DNA of 41,679 nt from positions 1 through 41,679 of the forward strand of contig MEDY01000273.1 in NCBI GenBank assembly GCA_001724265.1. Reading direction: 5' to 3'. The notes under the pieces were generated by a model. The model made no database searches and was not told the DNA's origin. It saw only the letters and a list, made by a program, of their open reading frames with translations. Of this stretch, positions 10,250 to 21,334 are shown piece by piece. The DNA comes from Rhizaria sp. SCN 62-66 (Eukaryota). How positions within the stretch are numbered: the first letter of the stretch is position 1; each line of letters starts with the position of its first letter. The position numbers and the translations under genes are program-made.

Positions 10250-13200
10250 TCATTCATCGTCGTAGTCCTTGAAGAGCATGCGGCTGCGCGGCACGGCGCC
10301 GCCGCCCACAGTCGCGCCAGCGCCAGGGCCAACGCGGACGGGGTTGACCACGGTCGGCCGTGCGCCCACCGCAGACACGCCCGCGGCGCCGGCGCCAGAC
10401 GCGGTGCCGCCATCGGTGACCGAAGCGCTGCCGGTGACGGCGGCGGAGGCGGCCAGCTCGGCGATGCGGCGGTTGGCCGCGATGTTGCTGTACGTCACGA
10501 ACGCGGCGACTGCGACGGCAGCGAGCGTGATGAGCGCCATGGTCGAGATGCCAGAGCCCTCGTCGCGCGCGGCGGCCGCGGCGGCCAGCTGCGCGGGAGT
10601 CACGGTGTGGCGCGCGTGGAGCTCGAGCCGCTCGGTGGGGCCGCCGCCGGCGCGGTAGCGCGCGACCTCGGCGCGCAGCTCCAGCAGTTCGTCGATCACG
10701 GCAGCCTGCGCGCGCGCAGCAGCGCGGGCCTGGGTGGGGGAAGATGAGAGGGAACAAGAATGAATACAATAAGAGTGAGAAAACAGTATTTTAACATGAA
10801 ATAATGCAAAATGATACACAAAATGGAATTCTAAGTAAGATGTTTTGTTTAGCCCTCCTTGGTTCGTACCTGGACGGAGCGCTCGGAGCGGAGCGCGTGG
10901 AGCCAGACGCGGCCGTCGGCGCCCGCGGTGGCCTGCAGCGGCAGCGCACACGGGTTGGCGCGCGCCGCGGGGGCCTGGAACAGCAGCGCCGTGGCCCCGC
11001 CGGCGGCGGCAGCGGTGGCCGAGACGGAGGCGTCTGCGGCGGCGGAGACTGCGACGGCGAGTCTCGCGTCAGTCGCGGCGTCGGCCGTGCGCGGCGACAG
11101 CAGCAGCGGCACCCGGTGCGCGAGCGGCACGCCCGCGCCCAGCCCCAGCGCGCCGAGGCTGCTCAGCAGCGCGGCCGCCGTCGCCGCGCCCGCCCCGCCG
11201 CGCTTGCCCGCGCCGCTGGCGCCGGCGCCATTGCGGCTCCCAGCGGCGGCGGGCTTGCCGAGCGCGACGAGGTCGGCGGCGGACGAGTGCACGGCGTGCG
11301 TAGGCAGCGAGTCGATCGAGTCGGTGGCCGTGGCGGCAACGCCCGCGGCGACGGCGTCGACGTGCGCGTCGAGGCACTTGATCGCGACCACGGTCTCGGC
11401 GGAGGACCAGGACCAGTGCACGACGGGGGACGACGCGAAGGGCCACAGTGAGTCGACGGCCTGCGTCTGCGTGAACACCGACGGGAACAACGCGCTCGAG
11501 CTAGAGCTCGCGCCAGTCGAGCCGGAGGCGGAAGAGCTGTAGAGACTGGCGTGCGCCTCGATGATGACGCTCTGCGCGAGCAGCGAAGCCGCAGCGTCGG
11601 AGAAGTCGGCCGTGGCCCACAGCAGCGGCCGCTGCGCGTTAACGAGCGCGACCGCGGCGCCGGCCTTCTCGGCGCGCGCGGCGGCCGCGGCAGTGAGGTT
11701 GAACTGCGCGGCCAGCGCGGCGCCGACCGCGACGACCGCGGCCGCAGACGGCACGGCCACGCCGCTCACATCACCGCTCGCAGCGTTAGCGGAGTTAGCG
11801 CGGAGGACCCATTCGTGCATGTGGGGCACGCGCGTCTTACCGGCGGAGCCGGGGACGCGGCCAACGGGGGAGAGCAAGGGCACCACGTCCACGAGCGCCT
11901 GCGCCGTCGACACGTCCACGGCGCGCACGTAGGCGCGGAAGCGCGGCGGCGCGGCGGCGGAGAAGGCGCCCGCGGCGGCGGCGGCGGCGACGGCGCGCTC
12001 GAGTGACAGCGCGATGGCGCGGTCGACGCTCTCGAGCAGCGAGGCGCGCGCGGCCTGCGCGGCCAGGAACAGCGACTGCGCGGCGGCGGGCGACGGCAGG
12101 TCGGCGACGTCGGCGGCGGCGGCAAACTCGTCCTGGCCCAGCCAGGCGTCGGAGAAGACCACGGGCTGCGAGGAGATCGACACGCCATGCGCGCGCGCCG
12201 CGTTGACCGAGGACAGGAACGATGCGAAGAAGCCCGCCACGGGCGCGGCCGCGTCATCCTCGGCCGCCGCGGCGGGCTCGGTCACGTCGTCGGCCAGGTG
12301 GCGCGATGCGCGGCCGTTGGCGCGCGCGGCGGCGGCGGCAGCGACGGCGGCGCGCTCGGCGCCCCGGTGGTCGCCCGAGGCCAGCAGAGAGGCGATGTGC
12401 GCGGGCACCGAGACGGCAGACTCCTCGGAGATCACAGTCTGCAAGCGCGGCGGCAGCGACGGCTTGAGCAGCGGCAGGGGGTCCAGCGGCACGGCCATGC
12501 GCACGCCGAGCGGGGTCAGGTAAGGGGCAGAGCAGAAAGACCTGGATAGTGGCCGTGATAGAGAGCGCAAAATATGAATTGAAAAAATAGTTCGGTGAGA
12601 GATTTAATAAAATACAAGTAATAATGATCTTGCAAAATTGTAAAATACCACATCTAAGTCAAACAGAGCAGTTTCATTGTTGGTGTTCGTACCTGGTGCC
12701 GACGCGGAGACGCAGGCGCAGCGGCGGCATAGGCTCCCAGGCCGGGTGGGTCACGGTAACCGTCACCGTCACGTCCACACTCGCCCTCTCGCCCTCGGCC
12801 GCGGGGCCGGCGGGCGCGAAGCCCGTGGCGGCGATGTCGAGCGTGGCGAGGATGGCGGGCAGCAGCGGCACGGGCGTGCGCGAGGTCGCGTTGAGCGCGA
12901 CGCTGGAGCCCTGGAGCGAAAAGGACGACGACAGCGCCGCGCCCGCCACGGACACCAGCTCGGGCTTGTCCACGTGCACGTGCACGGCGCCGTCGCGCTG
13001 CAGCAGTGCCACCGAGTCGAAGATGTGCCCGCGCCCGTCGCGCGAGACGACGTGCACCGACACGTTGGACGCGGCCGGCCGCGGCGGGGCGGAGAAGGTC
13101 GCCTCGCGCCAGCCTGCCGCCGCGGCAGCAGGGCCCAGCAGGTCCGCGAAGCGCGCGGCGCGCTGCCAAGCGGCCGAGGACGCGGGCGGGCACAGCGGCT

Positions 13201-16200
13201 CGGGCGCGGCCGAGGCCGCGGAGCCGTCGTGGGCGAAGAGCACGCGCGCGCGGCGCGTAGGGTCATGCGTCGCCACGGTGCCCGCCGCGGCCGTGTTGGC
13301 TGTCGCGGCGGCGGACGCTGCCACAGCGGCCGCAGTGGCCGCGGCGGATGCGGCCTCGGGCTTGTCGCCGGCGCCACCGGCGGTCACGCTCACGGCGGGG
13401 TTCGCGTTGTTATTGGCGCCGCTGTGGCCAGCGGGGCCGAGGACGGCCGCGAGCGAGGCGAGCAGCTGCGCGCGACGGTCCGCAGCCTCGACGGCGGCGG
13501 CGTCGCGGCCGCCGTTCTGCGCGCGCGCGACGGCCGCAGCGTCGGCGCCCAGTCCGCCGTTGGCGCTGTGCGCGTACGAGTAGGCCGAGGCGCCCGATTC
13601 GGGCGTCAACAGTGTTGAGATGGCGTCGATCGAGCGCGGGGGGCGCACGGAGACCAGCACAGACACGGTCTGCGTCAGCTCGGCGACGGAGTCGACACCC
13701 GCGGCTGAGTCAGCGCCGTTGCTGCTGGAGTGGGCGTGAGCAGAGACTGAGGGTGCGGCAGTGATGAGGATGGTGGCGTCATGCGAAGTCGCGTTGGTGG
13801 GCGCGGAGACCCAGCCGCGCGAGCCCACATTCACCACTCCGCTATTCGCACTCGCAGCGTTGCCACTGGGAGTGAAGAGCGAGTAGGCGATGTTGAGCGC
13901 GGACGACGCGTCGATGGTGGTGACGACTTGGGTCGCGGCGCCCGGAGGCAGCAGCACCGACGCCGTCGACAGCAGCGCGAGCTTGGGCGCCACCGTGACG
14001 ACCTTGGAGACGGTGTACTCGGCCACGGCGCCCTCGGCCGCGGGCAGCGGCGTGGGCGCGCATTGCGACAGCCGGCCCGAGGGCGCGGCGACTGTGGCCA
14101 GAGCGGCGGCCGAGGGCCCGGGGTAGCGCACGCGCACGCGCGCCTGCAGCACGAACTTACCGGGGGCGCCGCTGGCGAGCAGGCGGACCGACGCGCCGTG
14201 CGTCACCAGGGACACCACGGAGGCGGTGCCGTTGTTGCTGCCATGGGCGCCGCCGCGGACGCTCTTGCCGTGCGCGCCAGCGCCAGCGCCGGGGCCGGAG
14301 GGCGGGAGGGGGACGTGCCAGCCGTTGTGCGCGTAGAGCTGGTCGAGCGCGGGCGCAGACAGCATCGACGCCAGCGAGGGCGCGCTCAGCGAGGCCGGGA
14401 ATGACGTCAACGGCTGCAGCGAGAGCGAGGAGCGCATCGGCAGCGTCGCGCCGCCGGTCACCGCGGCGCTCGCGCCGCCGTTGCCGCTCTCGGCGCTCTC
14501 GGCGCTGGCGGAGTTGGCAGAGTTCGAGCCCTCTGTGTAAGGGGCGAGGACCCACTCAACCTCGACGGTGTCGCCCACGGTCGCGTCGGCGGGAGCGCCG
14601 TTGGCGCCGGCGACCGAGGCGACGGACTCCTCGCCGTCGAGCAGCGTGGCGCTGGCCAGGAGATCGAAGCCGGTGAAGACGACGTGCAGCACGACGATGT
14701 CGTGGAGCCCGTCCTGTCCCCAGCCCGCGGTCTCAAGCGACGGGTGCGGATACCGCACGTGCAGCAGCGTCACGCCGAGCGCGCGCCCTGTGACCTCGCC
14801 CGTCGCCGATACGGAGGCGACGCTCTCGTCGTCGACCGTGTAGCGCAGCTGGGCCGCGAGAGGGTGCGCAGGCTGGCCCAGGGCAGGGTCGAACCCAGCC
14901 AGCGCGACCGGGACCGTGGCGCCCACCCCGAGGGTCACGGACCGGCGCGCGGCGCACACGGCGGGGTAGCAGGAGACCGAGACCGCGGCCGTGGATTGCG
15001 CGGGGGAAGGGTTCGACGCGCACGGCGCGTTGGCCACGCGGATCTCGGCCGACACGGGCGCGGCGGTCTGCGCCAGGCACGTCACGTCAAAGTAGTGCCC
15101 GGGCAGAAACGCCGGCGCGGCGCTCGCGTCGTCGCCGGCCGCGGCCGCGATCGCGATGAGCTCGGCGGAGATGGCCGCGGTCGTCGCGTCGTCCGAGGCC
15201 GGGCGCGCAATGGTCACCACGCCTACGTCGCCGCCGTCGGCCGCGTTGAGCGTGGCGCTCGTGCGCAGCGCCGACGCGCCCGCGGACGGCAAGTACAGCA
15301 GCGCGCCCGTGCGCTCGGTGACGGAGCCCGTGGCGGCGTGGGAGACGACGGGCGGCGCGGCAAGCAGACCGGTGCGCGGGTCCACGTCGCAAGTGCCGAA
15401 GCCGCCCGCCTGCCCCTGGAAGCCGCCCAGCGCACACGGCCACGGCAGCGGGCCAGCGGTCCAGGGCAGGCGCACGACGGTGCCCACGGCCGCGGCGACG
15501 GCGGCGTGCGCGGGGCGCACCGGCGCGTAGACAGAGAGCACGAGCGACGCGCGCGGCTGGTAGCCGCGGTGCGGGCCGCGCGCGCCGCGCGAGTAGTTGG
15601 CGCTCGCGGCGGCCTCGGTGGCCGAAGGCAGCAGCAGCGCCGCGGCCGAGGCAGAGGCCGAATCCAGCGCCGGCGGCGGCGCGCCGGCCGGGAAGGCAGC
15701 GGCGGAGATGCGCGAGAAGCCTGGGGAAAGCGCCTTGGTGGCGAGCTTGAAGCAGTTGCACGTGCCCGCAGCAGCCGCAGACGCGGTCTTGGTCGAGGTA
15801 CTGTTGGCGTCGACGTCAGCGTTGGCGGTGGTGTCGTAAGTGCAATCGCGCGAGCACGGGATGTCGTCCTGGCTCGACGCCAGCGCCAGCGCCTCTGCGC
15901 CCTCAGTCACGCGTGCCGCGAGCCGCAGGCAGCCGCAGTCAGTGAAGGCGCGGCCGCGGACGTCCTTGACGTGGAAGCCGACGGTGCGGCCCGCGCCGAC
16001 GGTCACCTCGACGGCGTCGGCGATGGGACAGACCTGTCCGACCGGGCTCGCCTCGGCAGCAAGCGTCAGCGACTGGTCCGGGTTGCAGCGGTCGCGGACC
16101 AGCACCTGCGCCGCGCCCGCGGGGCCGACGGCAAGGACCTTGGCCAGCGCGCCGCGGCCGGCGACGGCCAGCATCCCGGGCCGCGAAGAGTGGAAGAGGT

Positions 16201-18681
16201 AAGAACCTGAGCCGTGGCGCATGTACACGTCCTGCGCGCACTGGTCGCCGAGCCCGCCGCCAGCGCCGCCGCTGCCGTCGCCGCCGCCGACCGAGAGGTC
16301 GAACCACGCGGCCGGGAGGTCCAGGCGGGCGCTGCGGTCCGCAGCGACCTCCGCCTCGGCCTCGGGCTCCAAGTCGGAGTAAGACTCTCCGGCGGTCGAA
16401 GCAGAGGAGGAGGAGGAGGAGGAAGAGGAGGACAGGGGCGGGAGAGAGCGGGGGCGGTAGGCGGGCGTGGGGATGAGGATCGCCTGCACGCTGGCCTCGA
16501 CGGGCCGCGACACGACGACCGTGATCGCGGCCGTGATGGGCGTGTCGAGCACGTACCGCACGCCAGTCTCGGCGCTCGTCATCGAGGATAGGCGCACCGT
16601 GACCGTGGACTCGCCGGTGACGGTGGGCGAGGCGGCCAGCGTGATCCAGCTGCCCACCGCGAACACGCCCGCAGCGCCCGCGCCCTCAGCCGCAGCCGAA
16701 GAGTCGCCGTTGGCGTTGTGATGACCGTGGTTCGCGCCGTCGGTGGAAGCAGAGGCGTCGTCGATGGTCACCGAGTCGCCGGTCACCGTGGCGACCGCGC
16801 CGTTGCACACGTCGATGACGCGGTCCCAGGCATCGTAGAGAAACAGCTTGACGGTGTATCGGCGGCCAGCAGTGAGGTGGTACTTGCCGTCGCAGGAGGG
16901 GAAGGGGAAGTCGTAGACGTCGTGCCGGTCGCCGTCGGCCAGCGAGCGCAGGCCCTGCGGCGCGGCGGCCAGCGCGGCGCGCACGGCCGCGGGCACGGCG
17001 CCGCGCGAGTCGAGCGCGGGCCGCGGCGCGTGGCCCGGCAGGTAGCGGTGCAGCAGCAGCTCGGCGCGCGCGGGGATGGAGACGACGACATCGGCCTTGC
17101 CGGCCTCCTCCTGGAGCGTGCCGTCGACGACGACGACCGTGGTGTGGCCCGGCGCGCGGCCAGTCGCGATGCCGCTGTGCGCGCCGATCACTGCCACCGA
17201 CGGGTTCGTCGCGTTCCAGCGGTACCTAAAAATGAGGACAAGCAAGGTGGTGGGCCATGAAGGAAGAAAAAGAAGGGATGTTTGATTGTGGTAGATGTGT
17301 GAGATATCCTGGCATTGTCGAGATATGTCAAATATTGCATTTTAAAATATAAATTAAAATAGACTTAGCGCTATTGATATATATCCCTCTAAACTCTCAA
17401 AACATGTGTCCTGACTCACGCCAACCAACAAGTTCCATGAGACATAATAAAACAGCATAAATGTAACATTTGCGCAAATATATCGATATGAAAAGAGATA
17501 ACATACTGCGCGTTGGGCATGGCGATGACGCGACTGAGCGACGACACCTCGGCCGGCAGCAGCGACCACTCCAGCCCTCCCATCGCCGCCGCAGCAGTGG
17601 CAGACGCAGTGGTAGTAGAAGCGGACGCAGAGGCGGCGGCGGCGGCGGCGGCGGCGGCGAGCGCGGCCGGCGAGCCCGCAAGCGCGCCCGCGTGCGCGGG
17701 CTTGGCGCCGCCGAGCGGAAGGTGCGACTTGTGCTGGCGCGAGTACACGTGGATCGCGACGTCGGAGGCCGGGCACACGCGCACGAGCGTGGGGTACACA
17801 CCCAGGGGCTCCGTCACGAGCATGTCGACCGCCGTCTCAACGGGCGCGGGCGTGGGGCAGTCAAGCCGCGCCGACAGCGTGACGCGGCCCGGCAGCGCGC
17901 CCTGGATCGGCAGCCGGTCCGTGGAGAAGCCCAGCTGCTCCATCTGGCTGCGCAGCGGAGACACCTCGATCGCCGCCTCGGCGAAGGTCAGCTTGCGCGC
18001 CACGCGCTCGGCCGAGCTGGTCCACACGAACGGCACGCCCTCGAGCGTGGTGAACAGGTCGCCATGCTCGTCGTAAGCCAGCAAGTCCAGGCTCTCTGCG
18101 TCGCCGATGTTGATGCGCCGCGTGGAGGTGCCGATGGCCAGCGCGGCGATCGAGTCGACGAAGACCTCGCACTCGGCGCGGCGCGACGTGCGGATGTCTT
18201 CGGCCCACACCCACGCGGACTGCCGGCCCTTGTTGTTGCTCGCGCTCGCACTCGCGCTCGCGGTGGAGGCGGCAGCAGCACCGCCGGCAGCGGCGGCCGA
18301 GGCAGCGGCAGCGGCGGCGTTGGTGTTAGAGTTGGCGAAGTCGTCGTGCACGACTGTGATGATCGCGGCGGTGGCGCCGACGACGCCGGCTACCTCGCAG
18401 CGCGCCGCGGGCTCGTCGGCCGTGGCCTCGACGAGCGGCGTGACGGACACGACGTGCGGGGACGAGGTATGCCAGAGGAAGCAGCCGCCCTGCGCGCGCA
18501 CGACACGGCTCACGGGCTTGAGGCGCGCCGAGCAGGCGTGTGAAGGCAGCAGCAGCGTCACGGCGTCGATCGTCACGTCCGCCGCCAAAACGAGGCACAG
18601 CGCGGATGCCAGCGCGAAGGCGACTAGCGCCAGAGCGAGGCTGTGGCGGGAACGGGGGCGAGAGCGAGTCATACTTGACAT
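10250..18681 (-). CDS. NUP210: Nuclear pore membrane glycoprotein NUP210/GP210, ~2619 aa; exons 18681-17507, 17225-12693, 12541-10870, 10729-10250
   Basis: A signal peptide is followed by LLLP...GGCFLWHTSSPHVVSVTP...AEDIRTSRRAECEVFVDSI...TSTRRINIG...AYDEHGDLFTTLEGVPFVW, matching the remembered NUP210 N-terminus. Ig-like repeats (YTVDDESVASVSATGEVTGRALG) and a single C-terminal TM (ALITLAAVAVAAFVTY) are present. All three GT-AG introns are phase-consistent. Confidence 0.85.
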
Positions 18682-19434
18682 GACGATGGTTCTCTCACTC
18701 GTTCGTTCAGAGAACTAGATAAGTCGGAGTCGGGTGAGACCGGACCTGGACTGGGCTGGAGTGGGACTGAGCGTCAGTCAGCAGACAGCAGAGCAGCACG
18801 AGTGGCCGACACACACACGGAGAAAGGGTGGGGTAGCGTGCTCTCTTGGGCGGCAGAGAGAACCAAAACACGACGAAAGCGTCGGCTACCGAAGAGGGGG
18901 AAACGGTCTGCGCGGGGCGGTAACGCAAGATATGGCAATGAAAACAAGTGTGAGATGTGTAAGGCAAACGTGGAATTGGGATATTGCGAGTATAGTTCCA
19001 CTGGCAACTAGGGGGACGAGAGCAGTGGCGAGAGATGAAGAGTCGGTGGTGGCGCCGCAACAGTCGTTCATGGGCATTCAGAACAGGGCCAGGAGGCAAC
19101 CATCCTATCAACGAATAGTCATAACGATTGAATATGTAAAGCAAATCAGAGTTTACGGGCTATGAATGAAGGATAAATCGGCACATCTGTTTGGTGTGAT
19201 AAACAATTCCAATCTCAAGTTTGCCTCGTCCAACGGTTGCCGCACGGAATGGCGCGCTCGCATTTTTGAGAACCAGCCGGTTCGTGATGATTAGTGAGGA
19301 GAATCAGAAGTGCGATATGTCGTGCACTGCCACATTCTGATCATCAATAGGGCTGCATCTGCAATATGTTATTTAAAACTGAAGAAACTTCTGGATAATG
19401 AAATTATGTTTTCTGCACTGGTCTGCTAGTTTAG

Positions 19435-19992
19435 ATGTTCCGCAGTGTTTCCCGTCTGGTCCGTGTGGCCCCGCGTCTGGCTCCTGCCCGCGCGCTCCCC
19501 GCCGCGCCCCTGCGCTCCCTCTTTGTCTCCGCGGCTCCTCTCCGCGCCGTCACCGCGCCCCGCCTGCCCGCGAACCTGGCTGCCGCGCTCGCCCCCGCGC
19601 GCGCCCCCGTCCGCGCGTTCACGGTGGTGGGCCACGCCTCGTCGGTCTCGCTGCCCTCCGCGGCCGAAAACGGCGGCGCCGCGCCCTCGACCGAGGAACT
19701 GGAGCTCTCGTACAAGCGCCTCGTCTTCCACTGCATGCAGCGCGGGTGGCTCGAGCTGGACCTTATCATGGGCTCGTTCGTGCGCATGCGCCGCGACCGC
19801 CTGATCCACGACGCGGAGCAGCAGGAGCTGCTGCGCGCAATCGCCAAGGAGGAGAATAGCGACTTGATGCGCTGGCTCGTCGAGGGCTGGGCCATCCCCG
19901 AGAAGTATCATGGAAACGCCATGATGGCCGACCTTGTGGCGTACTCCACCGCGCCCAACAAGCCCTGGTACCCCACCGCGGGCAACCAGTAA
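19435..19992 (+). CDS. SDHAF2: Succinate dehydrogenase assembly factor 2 (Sdh5/SdhE flavinator), mitochondrial, 185 aa
   Basis: An Arg/Ala/Ser-rich, acid-free presequence precedes KRLVFHCMQRGWLELDLIMGSF (RGxxE motif) and EENSDLMRWL. Confidence 0.85.
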   Translation: MFRSVSRLVRVAPRLAPARALPAAPLRSLFVSAAPLRAVTAPRLPANLAAALAPARAPVRAFTVVGHASSVSLPSAAENGGAAPSTEELELSYKRLVFHCMQRGWLELDLIMGSFVRMRRDRLIHDAEQQELLRAIAKEENSDLMRWLVEGWAIPEKYHGNAMMADLVAYSTAPNKPWYPTAGNQ

Positions 19993-20415
19993 AGGCCTTG
20001 GAGCGCACGTTATTCCCTTCCATATTTCGACCATGTTACCTATCTTTTTATGTTTGTTATACAGCAAGAGCGGCGCGAGATTTGCGCAATAATTCATTGG
20101 TTCTAGTCAAGAATACACACTTTAGTTTCATATAGTTTGACTAGGTCTTAAAATATCTTTATTTCATTGAGATATCGTGTGTTTCAGCAGGCATATCCCA
20201 ATTTGTGGTCAGTTGCGTTTGCCCGCAAATGCAAGCGAGGCCGAAGTTCATGCCGATCGGGGGTTGTTAGAACTCGGTGAGACGTCCGTCAGTGCACTCA
20301 GGCTTCCGTCACCACGTTGACAAAAAGTGTTTGCATCATGTCTGCACATATATTCTCTCCGCAAACGCAAGCACTGCGCGATAAAGAGCCCGCCTCCGAC
20401 GTCCCTGTCGACATC

Positions 20416-20912
20416 ATGGCTTCCTGGAAGGTCGCCACGCTCGAGCGCGCCAAGAAGGACGTACGTCACTCCTATCAATGCAAAAACACGGAATAGCTTT
20501 GTTTAAACGTGGCGGTATATCTAATTATCTGCTCTGTTCTCACTCTCTCAACTCATGCTGTTATATATCGTGTTTTCGTTTCGCCCAGGCCAAAGCCTTG
20601 CTCGTTGGCCAGTACGAGGTGCAGTCGTCATCCCGCGCCGTCTACGTCCGCCGCGCCCCCGGGGGGCTGTTCTTCCTTACACCGCGCAAGGACGCGGCTG
20701 ACACGCTTGCCCGCGCGGCCCCACGGATCCATGAGGAGGTTGCGAGCACCCAAGCGTATCTCGAGGACGTCCTCAACTCCACGACTGGGACCACGGAAAA
20801 CCCCAGCGCAAAGACGGCAACAACCACGAACGCGGCGGCAACGCCCAACAGCAGCCAGGCTACTCAGAGCAGCACTGCTAAGGCGGCGCTTGGTGATATT
20901 GCCACCGCATAG
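20416..20912 (+). CDS. Small ASDURF/prefoldin-beta-like protein, ~122 aa (148 aa from the in-frame ATG at 20338); exons 20416-20460, 20589-20912
   Basis: Phase-0 intron 20461-20588 (GTACGT...CCCAG). The product is helix - RAVYVRRAPGGLFFLTPR - helix, resembling the VY...FFL hairpin of ASDURF. The start codon is uncertain. Confidence 0.5.
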
Positions 20913-21334
20913 GCAACTCAGAGTAAAAACAACGGCAATAACAACAATAAGTCGAACGCCAACAAAGGCTTGAAGCGTCGTTGAGCAACGCTGTCAACAT
21001 CAAGACATATAAGATATGTTGTCGCACCAACCAGGCCCAGCTGCCTGACGTCAACAAATGGAGCATGCTAGAATCTCACGCTAAGACCAAGCCCTGGCCA
21101 CGAGCAAGCAATACATACAAATGCTTCGTTTAAAAACATTGTTGTATTTCACGTGACAAATGTCATTGCTTTAATCTTGCACAAAATACTCAAATACAAA
21201 CATACACTTTTACTACAATATTATCTCAAAACTACGCAAAACAAACTCTTTCTTTCAGCTCCAGACTCAGGACACGAACTAATGCTGACTCGCAACACAG
21301 TGCAACCGCTCTGAGCATCTGCGCCGGCCGCCAC

